From Octopus vulgaris (lineage: Eukaryota), in assembly GCA_951406725.2 (NCBI GenBank), contig OX597835.1, forward strand, positions 20,770,001 to 20,834,000: a stretch of DNA of 64,000 bases, read 5' to 3'. Positions within the stretch are counted from its first letter, which is position 1; each line of letters begins with the position of its first letter. This document shows, piece after piece, positions 1 to 16,552 of this stretch. Made by a program: the position numbers and the translations under genes. Below the pieces are notes generated by a model, which ran no database searches, had not been told where the DNA came from, and worked only from the letters and a program-made list of their open reading frames with translations.

Positions 1-138
1 CATATATACAAGTGAGGATATACATATACGAATAGGTTAGGTACATTATGTACATGACAGATATAAAACGCTGATATATATGCATGTTTTCTGTGTATAA
101 ATATATGGTGCATATATATGAGAAGTATATATATATAC

Positions 139-169
<31 letters not shown>

Positions 170-173
170 CACT

Positions 174-229
<56 letters not shown>

Positions 230-1686
230 CTTAAAGATATAAATAGATATGAGTACATATATCTGTATATAAAATTATATATGCATAAATATGTATATGT
301 ATATATAACCTATAAATGTGGCAACGGAATTTTCAGTGGAACTGAGCAACTGAATATATATTCAAGGTTTAATTAGTTTTAGAACTGTTTCCACAATGCA
401 AACTATCACAAAATCCCAGGAGAATATCTACGCTTATTTATCGCGCACATGTTGTCACATCGCTCACTCTTATCCTTTTCTGATAAGAAACCTCGATAAA
501 TATTTATTTTCTATATTGTGTAAAGAAACCAAAATCTAGGTTAATCTCTAAATGAAACTACTTCAGGGGATAGAGAGGAAAGAACGAAAACCAAAATTTA
601 TAGTGTATTCATATAGCCTATACTATGTCAGTTGCTGAAAATGGATGCAAGGTAAGAAAGAAAAATAAGGCAGTAAAATTAAGTTTTATGATCCTATTCA
701 TACTACGTATCAATACAATCAGAAAATATATAATGGAGCGGCATCATATCTTGAAGATTATCGATATACATATTTACTCATTGTAGATCATCGATTGACA
801 GAAGTATTTCAATAAATATAGTCAACATTTTTGCTTTCTTGTTCTTGATTGGATGGAAATCATAAAAGTTTCCTTGCAAATTTAGCTATAAAAATTGCAA
901 ACGGAAACGTTATCTCTGGGAGGTTAAAAACGTAATTTCTGTGTCTGGACACTTTGTATGACATGCGAAAATAGTTTGAATGATAAAGCAAATTTAACGC
1001 TGGAATTCAACATAGATGCTCTTTAAAGTTATTTTCGTCTAAGATGAAGAACTTTAATAAGTCAATTACTCCCAGAATATGTTTTCAATTTGATTGTGAA
1101 AACTATTATGAGTTTTACACTTCAATAATCACAAAAGTAATCTGAAATTTTTATTTAAACTTTGGAACGGTGTTTGATTTTTGCAGTATTCTTATCGAAC
1201 AGAATCACCATCAGCAAAATTCTAACGTTTGGAAGGTCATCGTAGGAGATTTTTACCGTGTGACCTCTGAAAAGGCTACAAGAAGTTTGTTTCTCGTACT
1301 TTACTCGCTATCCCGACACAAAAGTTTCGTTCTAATTTTTACGAAAAGACTGATTTGATTTTACAGAAACAGATATACGCGTAGGCGTAGGGGTGGCTGT
1401 CTGGTAAGTAGCTTGCCTACCAACCATATGGTCCCGGGTTCAGTCCCGTGATGAATTTGGATAGAAACGAATATAACCCGGCAGCATGCGAAATCTATAG
1501 TTAGCGGATCCATTAATTTTGCGCAATCCAGACTCTGTCAGAAATTAACAGACAAAACACACCCAGAGGAAAAGAAAATGGGCATTTTATACACCTGACA
1601 GTTACCTACCTATTTAACTATTCACATTACCTCATGCTTTGTCTCTTATAATCACCGCATCCTAGTAGCTACTTATACCCCGCTTG

Positions 1687-2031
1687 GTGGAGGCGCAATG
1701 GCCCAGTGGTTAGGGCAGCTGACTCGCGGTCATAGGATTGCCGTTTCGATTCCCAGACCGGGCGTTGTGAGTGTTTATTGAGCGAAAACACCTAAAGCTC
1801 CACGAGGCTCCGGCAGGGGATGGTTGTGATCCCTGCTGTACTCTTTCACCGCAACTTTCTCTCACTCTTACTCCCTGTTTCTGTTGTACCTGTATTTCAA
1901 AGGGCCGGCCTTGTCACTCTCTGTGTCACGCTGAATATCCCCGAGAACTACGTTAAGGGTACACGTGTCTGTGGAGTGCTCAGCCACTTACACGTTAATT
2001 TCACGTCGTAACCGACAGAGTGCTTCCATCC
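1687..2031 (+). mobile_element. SINE family A (tRNA-Arg-like head, OR1/OR2-like), tail type 1, small internal deletion
   Basis: A box TGGCCCAGTGG, B-box-like GTTTCGATTCCC; TSD ACCCCGCTTG at 1677-1686 and 2032-2041; homologous to 8931 and 39930 copies. Confidence 0.9.
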
Positions 2032-2600
2032 ACCCCGCTTGCATGATGCAATCAATCCTTATATGACCGAAGAAATCACGACACCCTAACTGCCATTATT
2101 CCAAAATATTCTTATTAAAATTCAAGCTCTTCATTCATAGTTATCTCAAACTATAGCACGTGCAGACTAATTGATCCTAACAAGTTACTGGCTGCTACTG
2201 ATATTTCATATTTCTACCACTCATAACTACTTATATATTTGGCGCACAAATAAGTTCAAACTTCAATTAGGCCTGAACAGACAGACATGGTTAGCGTTCT
2301 TTTGTTATATTCGCTCTTATATTTGAAAAGGTGATGATTCCCGAAATATTTTAGGATTATTAAACAACATAGGTTTGGCTATATTTTAATCTTTGCCTTT
2401 ATTTATTGATATCACCTGATATACTTTGATTTAGATTAATAACTCACCTCAGGTATTCCGAGATTTCCAAGCAGTTAACATTATTTACATACAGGAAAGA
2501 TTAATGCAATGTACATTATCTTATATGTATATATGCATGATTTTATGTATACACACATATGTATACTACATATACATGTATGCACACACACAAACACACA

Positions 2601-2763
<163 letters not shown>

Positions 2764-3036
2764 CAGGAAATTTGAAATTTCTTCTATTATTTATTCATCA
2801 TTATACAAGTTACATTAGATTATACGAATCACAAAGTTTTACATGTTAGATAGACATGTAAGGAATTTCTCATTACAAATTTTTCAGAGAAATTAATAAT
2901 TTTAACTTTAGACGAAGCGTTTTTTAATCAGGAGAGCCCCAGTGAAGGCATGAAAGAGAGACAGAGCTGGAAAGAAACAGAGAAAGAGAGAGAGGTACAT
3001 ATGTATGTACGTATGTATATATACATATACATATAT

Positions 3037-3341
3037 CACGTGATCACGTGACCGACCAGACCATCAGATGTTGTTACACATCGCTGGTCACAATGCGTTC
3101 GCATTGTTTTAGCCTTCGAATGACGCCACCCCGCTGGCTAAGCGAGCAGGCCAACAGAAGAAAAAGTGGGAGAAAGAGTGGTGAAAGAGTACAGCAGGGA
3201 TCACCACACCCTGCCGGAGCCTCGTGGAGCTTTTAGGTGTTTTCGCTCAATAAACACACACAACGCCCGGTCTGGGAATTGAAACCGCGATCCTGCGACT
3301 GCGAGTCCGCTGCCCTAACCACTAGACCATTGCGCCTCCAC
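3037..3341 (-). mobile_element. SINE family A, tail type 2 (ends TCACGTGATCACGTGA)
   Basis: Reverse complement of 31451-31755 copy; TSD CATATACATATAT at 3024-3036 and 3341-3353. Confidence 0.9.
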
Positions 3342-3524
3342 ATATACATATATATGCATGTATATATGTCTATGCATATAAATGAATACGAATGTGTGGA
3401 GGCGTAGATGTGTATGCATGTGTGCGTATGCACGGGTATGTTCGATCATATGTGTGGAGGCGTGTCCGTGCGCGCCCATGTACAGATGCGCACGCTCGCA
3501 TCAATACAGACAAGAACGCAAAAC

Positions 3525-3762
3525 CATGTGTGTTTATGAGTGAAACACCTAAGTTCCACGAAGCTCCGCCAAAAGGTAATGGTGAACTTCTGCTGACTCT
3601 TTCGCCACAACTTTCTCTCACTCTTTCCTCCTGCATCTAGCAGCTCATTTGCGACGGACCGACTTCCCGTCCAGGTGGGAAACCGATACGCCAAGGAAAC
3701 CGGGAAACCGGCCCTTATGAGCCAGACATGGCTTGAGAAGAAACAAACAAAACAACAACAAA
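3525..3762 (+). mobile_element. Diverged SINE family A body with tail type 3
   Basis: Body GAAACACCTAAG...CACAACTTTCTCTCACTCTTTC shared with family A, then a distinct tail TGCGACGGACCGACTTCCCGTCCAGG...GAAACCGG ending in (AAAC/AAC)n. Confidence 0.7.
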
Positions 3763-3764
3763 AA

Positions 3765-4030
3765 CATGGTACTCCGTCGCTTACGCCGATCTGTTTTCCA
3801 GTTTATAAGATCAACGGAACAACCTGGCCTGATATTAACGTCCAAATGACTGTGCCCTCTAAAAGACACGCATACCCTTAAAGTAGTTCTCAGGTAGATT
3901 CAGGGTGACACTGTATGTGAAAAGGCTGGGTCCTCGAAATACAGGCACTTTTCATTTTTTGTTAACTGAGTGAAATTAGTCAAGGACCGATCCGTGCACA
4001 GCCTTGAAGCGAACTCATGACCTTACGATC
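3765..4030 (-). mobile_element. Old degenerate SINE carrying tail type 1
   Basis: Diverged reverse-complement match to the tail-1 sequence (GACGGAGT, GTTCCGTTGATC, GAGAACTAC-TTAAGGG). Confidence 0.6.
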
Positions 4031-4119
4031 GGGAAAATAAATACCACTAAGCCACGCACGTTCACAATGGTGGTAATGACGACAAAGTTGACAGCAGCAC
4101 TGGAAAAGGCTAACGCTGT

Positions 4120-4855
<736 letters not shown>

Positions 4856-5058
4856 AGGTCTTAACATTTAACGCAACAGTGACAGTCGCTGTGGCTTAAT
4901 TTTCAAGTGAGAAGGTTTATCATGTTGATTGGATGAATGTCGTGTTTGTATCTGTGACAATTGACGTAATTATAGTTTGAATGTCTTTCTAACCTCATTT
5001 CCGTTGTTTAATTGGCGAGAGTTTAGGTTAAGAGAGAACGATATAATCACAGGGCAAT

Positions 5059-5225
<167 letters not shown>

Positions 5226-5284
5226 TACATATATACATTCATATATACATACAGACATACATATATTTATACACATTCACATAT

Positions 5285-5338
<54 letters not shown>

Positions 5339-5427
5339 GCCTCTCTGTTCACAAATTCAAATTCAATTCTCTCTCTCAATCTTTCCCTCTGTATATACAT
5401 ACGTATGTGCATACACGTATGTATATA

Positions 5428-5517
<90 letters not shown>

Positions 5518-5552
5518 TATATATATATGCATATACTTACATGCAGTTAGAC

Positions 5553-5638
<86 letters not shown>

Positions 5639-6259
5639 TTAGTTAAACAGACAGACGAGCAAACATAGGGAGAGAGCGTAAGAAAGAGTGAAACCAAGAA
5701 TAAGAGAGATAGGAGAAGAGAGAGGTAAATACTGTAGCATTGAATGACCGAAGTTAGATGGGAGACTGGAGATTGGATGAAATATTGTAAGTGATATAGA
5801 CAGGAAGAAAGGCAGAATGTTTAGAGAATGTTAGCTTTAGAAGGTGCAATAAATTGCATGATAAATGTAGATGTTTATAGCAGGAGGCAAAGAGAGAAAG
5901 AAAACGAGAGAGAGATAAAAAATAGAGGACAATATAGGTTACACAAAGTATAATACGTATGAATGATAAACCTAATATCGCGGTCGAGTTACATGCCACC
6001 AGATTGGTGAATTTCTTTGTTGAAATATTATTTCAATAAGTGAATCATTGGTCGCTAAAAACGACATTGAATATTTATAGCCATGGACTCTCAGGATTTT
6101 TTTCTTGGAAAAGAGTTTTAATATCGTCGCAATACACAAGTGGATAGATGACTGGATGGTAAGATGGCGACGTATGAGAAGGGGAGATAAATAAATAATG
6201 GATTGTTTTCTGTTTCTGTTCTCCTGCTCCTATTCTTCCCTTCCTCTCCGTACTACTAA

Positions 6260-6374
<115 letters not shown>

Positions 6375-6511
6375 GCCACTACCCCATCTCTTGTTTTTTC
6401 TATTGCTTTCTTTATAGTGCAGACTAATTCTGGAAGCCTTCTTAGCCTAGTTCTACCAGCATCTCTCTCCTTCTTCCTCTCTGTCTGTCTGTATCTTCCT
6501 TTCTGCTCATC

Positions 6512-6593
<82 letters not shown>

Positions 6594-7003
6594 CGTATAT
6601 GTATATGTATGTATACGTAAATGTGTGTATACGTATATATATATATCTATATATTATATCTACCTGTCGGTCTCTGAATCTATCTATCTATATGCATACA
6701 CTTACACACACACTTACACACACCAATGTATGTATGTATGTATGTATGTATGTATGTATGTACGCACGCGTATATGTATGTAAATATATACATTTCTTTT
6801 TATTTCATTGTTGTGGAAATCTTATGGAGGCTTTACTTATCATAACCGAAGCGCGAAATAGGAGAATCGATAGATTATAGTATTTATCCAGAAGTGTAGC
6901 TTTGTCAGTTCCCTGAAGACCTCTGAAAGTAAGCATTATAATTTACTATGAAACAATGAAGTAAAATAGGAAAATGTGATAATAAAGAAACCTATAATTT
7001 TAT

Positions 7004-7075
<72 letters not shown>

Positions 7076-7082
7076 AGATATA

Positions 7083-7114
<32 letters not shown>

Positions 7115-7147
7115 AATGCAAGTAGATAGATGGATATATAGATAGAT

Positions 7148-7216
<69 letters not shown>

Positions 7217-7809
7217 AATCGTTAGAAATAAAATACAACGAAACTGTGATTTTAGTGACAGTTGCAACAGGTTTTCTAAAACCTACAATGACGAAGAATA
7301 AATAGTCAAAACCTTGAAAGTCCAATAGTGTTGCAGAATATAACACTGACGTTCTTATTATCGATTTCAGAATAATGCATGGTCAAGTTTATCTTGTCCT
7401 GTTTTATTCACCATTTTTTGCTTCACCATTTTTATTTTTCTCCAAGACCTTTCCTGTACATTTTCCGTTTGTTTTATGATATGTAATGGTCTCGACTAAA
7501 TAGACATAACGTTATCTTGGTTTCGTATAGCATCGCCCCAGTTGTCAAAACCTGAAATGAGCTGAACCTTTCATTCGAGCAAATTATATCGTTGACATAG
7601 GGTCGTGATTTACTTTGATTTGCTACTGCCGTAAATGGGGAAGAATAAATGTTGGGAGTGTTTTTGGTGCTGCTACTGCTGTTGCTGTTTTCAAACGACA
7701 TTACCCACTAAATACGTACTGAACGATCAGATTTATGGTTGATGGAATTTACAAACTTTAATCGTAGGATTGGTTCCGGGTTCAGTCCCACTGCGTGGCA
7801 CCTTGGGCA

Positions 7810-9470
7810 AGAATCGTTAACAGGCCGACATAATGTTTAGCGCTATTTCATCCGTTTTTACGTTCTGAGTTCAAATTCCACCGATGCCGACTTCAGATTT
7901 CGGCGTTGATAAAATAAAAACCAGTGGAGAGCAGGTGTCGATGGAATCGACTTGCCTCGCCCCTTATTTTGCTGCCTTTGTGCTAAAATTTGATACGAAT
8001 ATTAGTTGATATCTAACTGATATCAATGGTGATGTTGTCGTTCCTGGTGTTGTGTAGTTGTTAAAATTGTTGTTTATCTGTGTTTTTTCTCTTTTTAATT
8101 GTTTTATTTTAATGCTGTTACCATAGTTTTCTTGGTGTTTTTATAGTTATTGTTGTCGATGATGCTCTGATGCTGACAATTTATTGTTGTTATTATTTGT
8201 AAAGTTGAAGCCAGCGAGCTGGCAGAGCCGTTAACTCGCCGGGTTAAATGCTTGGCGGCATTTCGTCAGTCGCTCAAATTCCGTCGGGTTCGACTTTGTC
8301 TTTCATCCTTTTGGGGGTCGATAAAATTAGTACCATTTGAGCATTGAGTCAATGTAATTGACTCCTTCCCCCGAATTTCGGGTCTTGTGCATTTAGAAGA
8401 AAGGACTATTTGTGAAGTTGAAAGACGCTGAACTGGCAGAAACGTTAGCATATCGGACGAAATATTTAGCGGTATTTCGTCTGTCTTTACGTTCTGATTT
8501 CAAAAATTCCGCCAAGGCCGATTTTGCTTTTCATCATTTCGGAGTCGATAAATTAAGTACCAGTTACATACTGGGGTCGATCTAATCGACTGGACCCCTC
8601 CCCAAAAATTTCGAGCCTTGTACCTAGAGTAGAAAAGAATCGCTAGCACACCGGATATTGTGCTTAGCGATATGTCACCCATCTTAACTTCTAAGTCCAA
8701 ATTCCGCCATGGTCGACTTTGCCTTTCGTCCTTTCGGGATCGATAAAATAAGTACAATTTAAACACAAAGGTCTACGTAATCGACTTACCTCCTCCTCCT
8801 CACCCAACTTGCTGTCCTTGTACCAACATTTGAAACCATTATTTGAGGAGTTGAAAGCGGCGAAGAGTTAGAGTAGTTAGCAGACCGAATAATATGATTG
8901 ACGTTGTTTCGCCCCTCTTTAGGGGGTGAGTGGAGGCGCAATGGCCCAGTGGTTAGGGCAGCGGACTCGCGGTCGTAGGATCGCGGTTTCAATTCCCAGA
9001 CCGGGCGTTGTGAGTGTTTATTGAGCGAAAACACCTAAAAGCTCCACGAGGCTCCGGCAGGGGACGGTGGTGATCCCTGCTGTACTCTTTCACCACAACT
9101 TTCTCTCACTCTTACTTCCTGTTTCTGTTGTAGCTGTATTTCAAAGGGGCCGGCCTTGTCACTCTCTGTGTCACGCTGAATATCCCCGAGGACTACGTTA
9201 AGGGTGCACGTGTCTGTGGAGTACTCAGCCACTTACACGTTAATTTCACGAGCAGGCTGTTCCGTTGATTCTGATCAACCGGAACCCTCGTCGTCGTAAC
9301 CGACGGAGTGCTTCCATCCAGGGGGTGAGTTGAAATTTCGTCGTGATGACCTGATCTTGCATCCTTTCGTGGGGTCGACGAAATAAGTTACAGTTGAGCA
9401 CGTTGAGCAATATAATCGACCAGCCTTTTCCTGCAAAATTTCAGCTGTTCTGCTTATTGTATAAAAGGAT
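7810..9470 (+). mobile_element. Cluster of about 5 head-to-tail degenerate SINE family C copies
   Basis: Recurrent GAGTTCAAATTCCGCC-GGTCGACTTTGCCTTTCATCC-GATAAA-AAGTACCAG-GGGGTCGAT at about 7860, 8275, 8500, 8695, 9330. Confidence 0.8.
8931..9319 (+). mobile_element. SINE family A, tail type 1, full length, nested in a family C copy
   Basis: TSD AGGGGGTGAGT at 8921-8931 and 9320-9330. Confidence 0.92.
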
Positions 9471-9805
9471 TACTTGTGATATTGTTCGGGCTTTTGAATC
9501 TCATTCATCTCTGTTCGTTTTTCTTCTTCGTAATGCTGCCATATACTCTTTTCATATTACTGACATTCTGACATTATCAACCATCATCCACCACTGTTGT
9601 ATTGTACTCTATAAACTGTTTCCGTTATAATCATTCCGTTATTATCATGGCTCCTGTATAACGAAGTGTAGAGTCGTCTCCTTTGTGCTTTAATAGAACA
9701 CTGACGATATGTCCGCTAGACATTAAACATCTTCGGGAAGCTAAGGAATACGCTTTGCATTCTGTTTGTATCACAAGATTTCCTAAGTTATATACAACAA
9801 ATATA

Positions 9806-9970
9806 GGCGCAGGAGTGGCTGTGTGGTAAGTAGCTTGCTAACCAAGCACATGGTTCCGGGTTCAGTCCCACTGCGTGGCATCTTGGGCAAGTGTCTTCTG
9901 CTATAGCCCCGGGCCGACCAATGCCTTGTGAGTGGATTTGGTAGACGGAAACTGAAAGAAGCCTGTCGTG

Positions 9971-10013
<43 letters not shown>

Positions 10014-10240
10014 GTGCGTGTGTGTGTGTCTGTGTTTGTCCCCCTAGCATTGCTTGACAACCGATGCTGGTGTGTTTACGTCCCCGTCACGTAGCGGTTC
10101 GGCAAAAAGAGACCGATAGAATAAGTACTGGGCTTACAAAGAATAAGTCCCCGGGTCGATTTTCTCGACTAAAGGTGGCGCTCCAGCATGGCCGCAGTCA
10201 CATGACTGAAACAAGTAAAAGAGTAAACGAGTAAAAGAGT
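9806..10240 (+). mobile_element. SINE family B (tRNA-derived, internal TA/TG microsatellite, (AAAAGAGT)n tail)
   Basis: A box TGGCTGTGTGG, B box GGTTCAGTCC; TSD AAATATAG at 9799-9806 and 10241-10248. Confidence 0.92.
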
Positions 10241-10815
10241 AAATATAGCCCATAAAACAGCAATACAACAATTTGTAAGTGGCGAATTCACACCGCCATA
10301 CGTAAACGTTTCTTTTTATTAAATTTTACTTATATATGTATGTAACATTATAGTTATTGCTATGGCGGCGAGATGGTAAAATGGTTTTCACGCCGGGAAA
10401 ATTGCAGATATGTTGCTGACATTCTCAATTATCTTTTATTTTATTTCTCAAAGTTTAACTCCCAACAAGGCAACACCATACATGGAAATCTCGCAGAGAA
10501 CAGAAGAGAAAAATAAAGGAAGTACTACGATCTAACCGTTGAATTAAAGCCCCTGTAGCTGCAATGATGCACGAATGTTTCGCTTATTTTGGCAACTCCT
10601 GCTTAAAAATGATATACCAGTCCCTGTGTAAAGACATCCAGCCGATTATATATTAGGGTAAAGAGAGGCACGATTGAGAAGATAGTAATATTCTGAGTGT
10701 TAAATTGTGTTAGGGCATTTTAACCTAGCATTTGTTAATATTTAAAAGCTTGGTTAACCACGAAATTATTGTTGATTTGGGGAATAGATTCTGAAAGTTT
10801 TCAAGCGATAACAAA

Positions 10816-10876
10816 CACCTATATTTAGAAATGAAACATGATGATGCCGAAGACATTGATATAACATTATTATTAC

Positions 10877-10934
<58 letters not shown>

Positions 10935-10953
10935 TTTTTTTTTTTTTATGATA

Positions 10954-11033
<80 letters not shown>

Positions 11034-11107
11034 CACCTATATTTAGAAATGAAACATGATGATGCCGATGACATTGATATAACAATATTATCATCATTAT
11101 CATTATA

Positions 11108-11190
<83 letters not shown>
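10816..11190. repeat. Local tandem duplication with (ATT)n arrays
   Basis: About 50-bp unique segment CACCTATATTTAGAAATGAAACATGATGATGCCGA at 10816 and 11034, each followed by (ATT)n. Confidence 0.9.
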
Positions 11191-11191
<1 letters not shown>

Positions 11192-11635
11192 GAGTGACTG
11201 ATGTTAATGAAATTATATTTGCTACCAATGCTAAATAGATGAAAAATATTAATATAAGAATCGAAAAATTTGTGAAGATAAATGCCATGATTCATGTACA
11301 CACATATATGCATCCTTTACGTGTGGGCGTCTCTGTTGGTGTGCGCGTGTGTGAATAGATGAACCTTGATATATATATATATATATATATGTATGTATAT
11401 ATATAAATATACACACATAGACATAAGGAGAGAACAGTGATTTATGTACATACACACATAAATACGTACTTAATTTCGAATATGTATATATGCATATACA
11501 CGCATGTACTTTAATACACTATTGTATAGATCTAGATATTCATGAAATCACTCACATGCATGTATGCATATATATATGCTTATATATATATATACATATA
11601 TATATATATGTGAATATATAGAATATATACATATA

Positions 11636-11666
<31 letters not shown>

Positions 11667-11894
11667 ATATATACATATACATATATAAATAAATAAATAT
11701 ATATATATATATATATATGAATATAAACATATATATGCATATACGTATATATATATACACATATACATATATATGCATATATATATATATATATATATTC
11801 ATATACATATATATATATATATACATATACATACATATGCATATACATATATACATATATATACATATATATACATATATACATATACATCTAC

Positions 11895-12016
<122 letters not shown>

Positions 12017-12702
12017 TGTGTATATATAAAATTGAAATACTATTAATAATGATGATGATGTTGATGCTGATGATGCTGATGATGACCACTACGTTGCGGA
12101 TTATGGTGACGGTGTCGGTGAAGATGATGGCAATAATGATGATGATGATGATGATAATGATGATGGCAATAATAATAATAATAATTCATCAGTAAGTAAA
12201 TAAATAAATAAATAAATAAAAAGCAATGCAGTCCGATTTTTTTTTTTCAATTCGTCAGCGAATAAGTGAATCGAATGATTACCATTTGAGACCAAAGTGC
12301 ATGGTACTGCTGCTACAATACAAAATAATAAGTCAAGAACAGGGAGGAGAAAAAAAAAGCTATTTTATCAAACTGCAATGTTGACAATGACTAAAACTGA
12401 TTTCCCTTGATACTAAACGAGGAAGAAAAAAATACTGCTTGCTGCGCCACAAAGGAATGATAAACGCAGGAAGGGACAGCGTTTTGAATACCCCACTACC
12501 TCTGAATCCGAGATATTAGACAGTGGCATATTATTAATAATTGCCGTCCTCAGTAGTCTTTCATACAATTCGCTGATCTCGGGAAAACGCGCGCGCACTA
12601 CACCCGCCTATATAAATAGATGTATGTGAGTATGCATATCTATATCAACAAGAGATACATTCACTGATATACATACATATATATATATATATAAATATAT
12701 AT

Positions 12703-12914
12703 AAATTTTACGAAAAACAAACAAAAGACGAAGACAGGTGGTGTACAAAACAAGCAGATATATTAGTATAGCGCCCAGGAATAGAAAAAGTCTTTTACGT
12801 TTCGAGCCTACGCTCTTCTACAGAAAGGTACACAGAAAAAGCAAGTAGAGAAGAAAGGAGAGAAACAAAGGAGAGGAAAAAAATGTGTGTAGTGGCTAAC
12901 GATCTATCATGACG

Positions 12915-12916
<2 letters not shown>
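12703..12916 (-). mobile_element. TA-flanked Penelope-type terminal-repeat derivative with hammerhead-like motif (12792-12827)
   Basis: Homologous to 28800-28995; minus strand CTTT-CTGTAGA-A-GAGC-GTAG-GCTC-GAAAC-GTA-AAAG. Confidence 0.7.
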
Positions 12917-12957
<41 letters not shown>

Positions 12958-13098
12958 TATACATATATGTATATATGGGGGGGTCTTTTTGAGTGTGTAT
13001 ATGTGTTTTTCTGTGCGCATGAGCGTTTATACATACGCACAAACACACATATATATATATACGTATGTGTGTATGCATGTATATAGATAGATAGATAT

Positions 13099-13182
<84 letters not shown>

Positions 13183-13625
13183 CAGACACAGGCATTATAA
13201 TAAACAGACGATAATAATAGCTATTATGTACGATGGTTTAGAACAACAGTTATGAATAACAGTTATCTCCAGTCTCTGACTTAGTTGCTGCAGCAACAGA
13301 CAAAATGGTGGCTAATCTATTTGGTGCTTGTCGACGATGTTAACTCAAGACGACGCGGCCAATGTTCCGCGTTAAATTTGTAAAAACACATTCTTTCATT
13401 TTTTTTATTTGTTTGTCATTTGACGGCGGTAATGGTAGAGCAGCACTTTAAAGGATTTCAGTCGATGTAATCGTGCCGAGGACTTATTCTTTGTAACACT
13501 AATACTTATTCAATCGCCTTCTTTTGGCGTACCGCTAAACTACACGGATGTAAACACAAAATCGAGTGTCAAACGATGGTGGATGGGGACAAACAGAGAC
13601 AACACACACACATACACACACACAA

Positions 13626-13666
<41 letters not shown>

Positions 13667-13685
13667 CATATATATATATATATAC

Positions 13686-13730
<45 letters not shown>

Positions 13731-13750
13731 CATATATATATATATACATG

Positions 13751-13848
<98 letters not shown>

Positions 13849-13903
13849 CATATATACACACACACACATATATATATACATATATGCACACATGTATATA
13901 TAT

Positions 13904-13960
<57 letters not shown>

Positions 13961-14385
13961 GATATATATCGTCCTCTCCCGTTTATGTAGGGACCCGTTT
14001 GCTCTATGATCCTCTGTTTAATTTCTTATGAGGATCCTTTATCCTTAAGACTCTATACATGGCTGGCCAGGGACGTAACATATCGTTTTACCGGAAGTAG
14101 TTCGAGGTGACCCGATATATCTCAAAACTCGTGTGCTGGTTGTGTATTCTATTCTTTGTTAACAAATTAACTTACTGTAATGGATTTGTACCTCCGTTTG
14201 GAAGACGGGTAATATGCCCTACGCCATTATAATCTGATGATTCTGCCTTAAAGGTAAGCGCTTGATGGATGTGAAATCATTGGTCACTCTATGACCGGAA
14301 ATATATTTAACTGCACAAAAATACATCACTGCCCTATTCTTTTATTCTTTTGAGTGTACTTCTTTTTCAGATGTATGATCCAGTG

Positions 14386-14448
<63 letters not shown>

Positions 14449-15158
14449 CTGTGCATTATAGGCACATCGGTGTAGTTTGGAAAAATATGAAAGTTCTCAA
14501 TGACAGAAAATTGTTGAGTTTGAATTATTAATTTTAAGAAGTAAATCTGATCATGATAGATGATGCACTGAGGCTATGTCCCTTCTATATTTTAGATGAG
14601 AAATGGGTTTTGGGTGACTTGCATAACCTGCTTTCCTCTCTCTCTCTCTCTCTCTCTGTGAGCTGCGTTTTGTAGCGACGTTTGAAAATGTCACATTTAC
14701 AATTATATGCATATCTTAATGAGAGTTCTATTAAATATTTGTAAACCATTGTACAACCATTTCTCACAATAGTTTCAGATGTTTTAAACCGAGATACAAT
14801 GCACTTACTTATACATCGGTTATGCCATAGATATAACTCAAAATTTCGATAATTTCTCATAAGCATTCGAGGGATACATCTGCTAGTGAAAATGTCCATA
14901 GCGTGCCTGCATATCAATATTTTAAAATAGGGGTCACCAAACACTTTTCACGGCGGACCAGAAAACTGAGAGAATCTCGAGCGCGGGCCGCATAACCATT
15001 TTGTTCGATACAATACAGTGAATACACAAAAAAAAAAATAAACACAGCCAACATATTTATTTACCAAAATATTATGAAAGTAGGTGATGTTTAGCAATAA
15101 GATAACGTCGAGTTATATCATACCCAGTGCACACATATCCAAATCTCATAAACTAAGC

Positions 15159-15257
<99 letters not shown>

Positions 15258-15322
15258 ATGTGTATATATATAGATATATATATATGTATATGTATATATA
15301 TATATATGTATATATATATCTA

Positions 15323-15441
<119 letters not shown>

Positions 15442-16211
15442 ATATAAACAGATATATACATGCATGTTTATATATCATTCGTAAACAAGAATGTCAGACA
15501 TATACATACACATATATAAATGTACGATGGGCTTCTTTCAATTTCTGTCTGCCCCGAGCCAGGACTAAAGTAGAAGACACTTGTTCAAGGTGCCATGCAG
15601 TGGGTCTGAACCCGGAATTATGTGTTTGGAAAGCAAGTTTTTTACCACATAAACAAGTCTGTTTTTGTTAGTTATTTTAAATCATTTCCTGTTTATATTT
15701 GGAAATACCCTTAATAGCGACAAGTAAGAAATGTAACCATCTAAAGTATACCCTCTACCCTCATTCTTGTGTGAACCTTTAAAATATATCATCACAAAAG
15801 AAAATCTTGACACAGCGAATTACTGTTGTCTTCCATGGAGGACTTTCAATCTTTGACGTTTGCACTGCCAAAGTATAAGATTATATCAAATATAATCAAA
15901 AATATCTGAAACTACTATCGGTTGTTGTACCTACTTACCAAAACTGAGACATCTAAATATACACATCTGCTTACCAAGGATTACATGATTAAACTCTAAA
16001 CAACAGCATAACCGCAAATTTAATCAAAAGTTTCCCCATGACAACTCACACTACAAATTAATTATCACTGCACTCAAATCCACATAACCAAGGAAGACTT
16101 TAACTAATTCATCTTCAATGATTAACTTCTGTGCATTGTACTTCGATACTCTGACAAAGGCTGAGCTGCACGAAACTCCAACGTCATTGTCACCAACATT
16201 GTTATTTTACA

Positions 16212-16503
16212 GGGCGGTGAGCTGGCAGAAACGTTAGTACACCGGGCGAAATGCGTAGCAGTATTACGTTCGGATTTCAAATTCCGCCGAGGTCGTCGTT
16301 GCCTTTCATCCTTTCGGGATCGATAAATTAAGTACCAGTCACGCACTGGGGTCGATGTAATCGGCTTAATCCGTTTGTCTGTCCTTGTTTGTCCTCTCCG
16401 TGTTTAGCCCTTTGTGGGTAGTAAAGAAATAGGTAATTCGTCTGCCGTTACGTTCTGTGTTCAAACTCCACGGGAGTCGACTTTCTTCCTTTCGGGGTCG
16501 ATT
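16212..16503 (+). mobile_element. SINE family C plus partial second copy
   Basis: Head GGCGGTGAGCTGGCAGAAACG, tail TAGCCC-TTGTGGGTAGTAAAGAAATAGGT, continuing into an internal C fragment. Confidence 0.88.
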
Positions 16504-16515
16504 AAATATGTATAT

Positions 16516-16552
<37 letters not shown>

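Noticed and set aside
8931-9006. tRNA genes at SINE heads
   Set aside because: No complete cloverleaf; they continue into SINE bodies bounded by TSDs.
9701-9735. Hammerhead-like CTGACGA-T-ATGTC/GACAT-TAAAC
   Set aside because: G12 is mutated and helix I is absent; too degenerate.
12580-12620. GC-rich stretch plus TATATAAA as promoter
   Set aside because: TATA matches are uninformative in TA-saturated DNA, and no downstream gene is seen.
14928-14995. hAT-like terminus AGGGGTCACCAAAC
   Set aside because: No partner TIR or TSD found.
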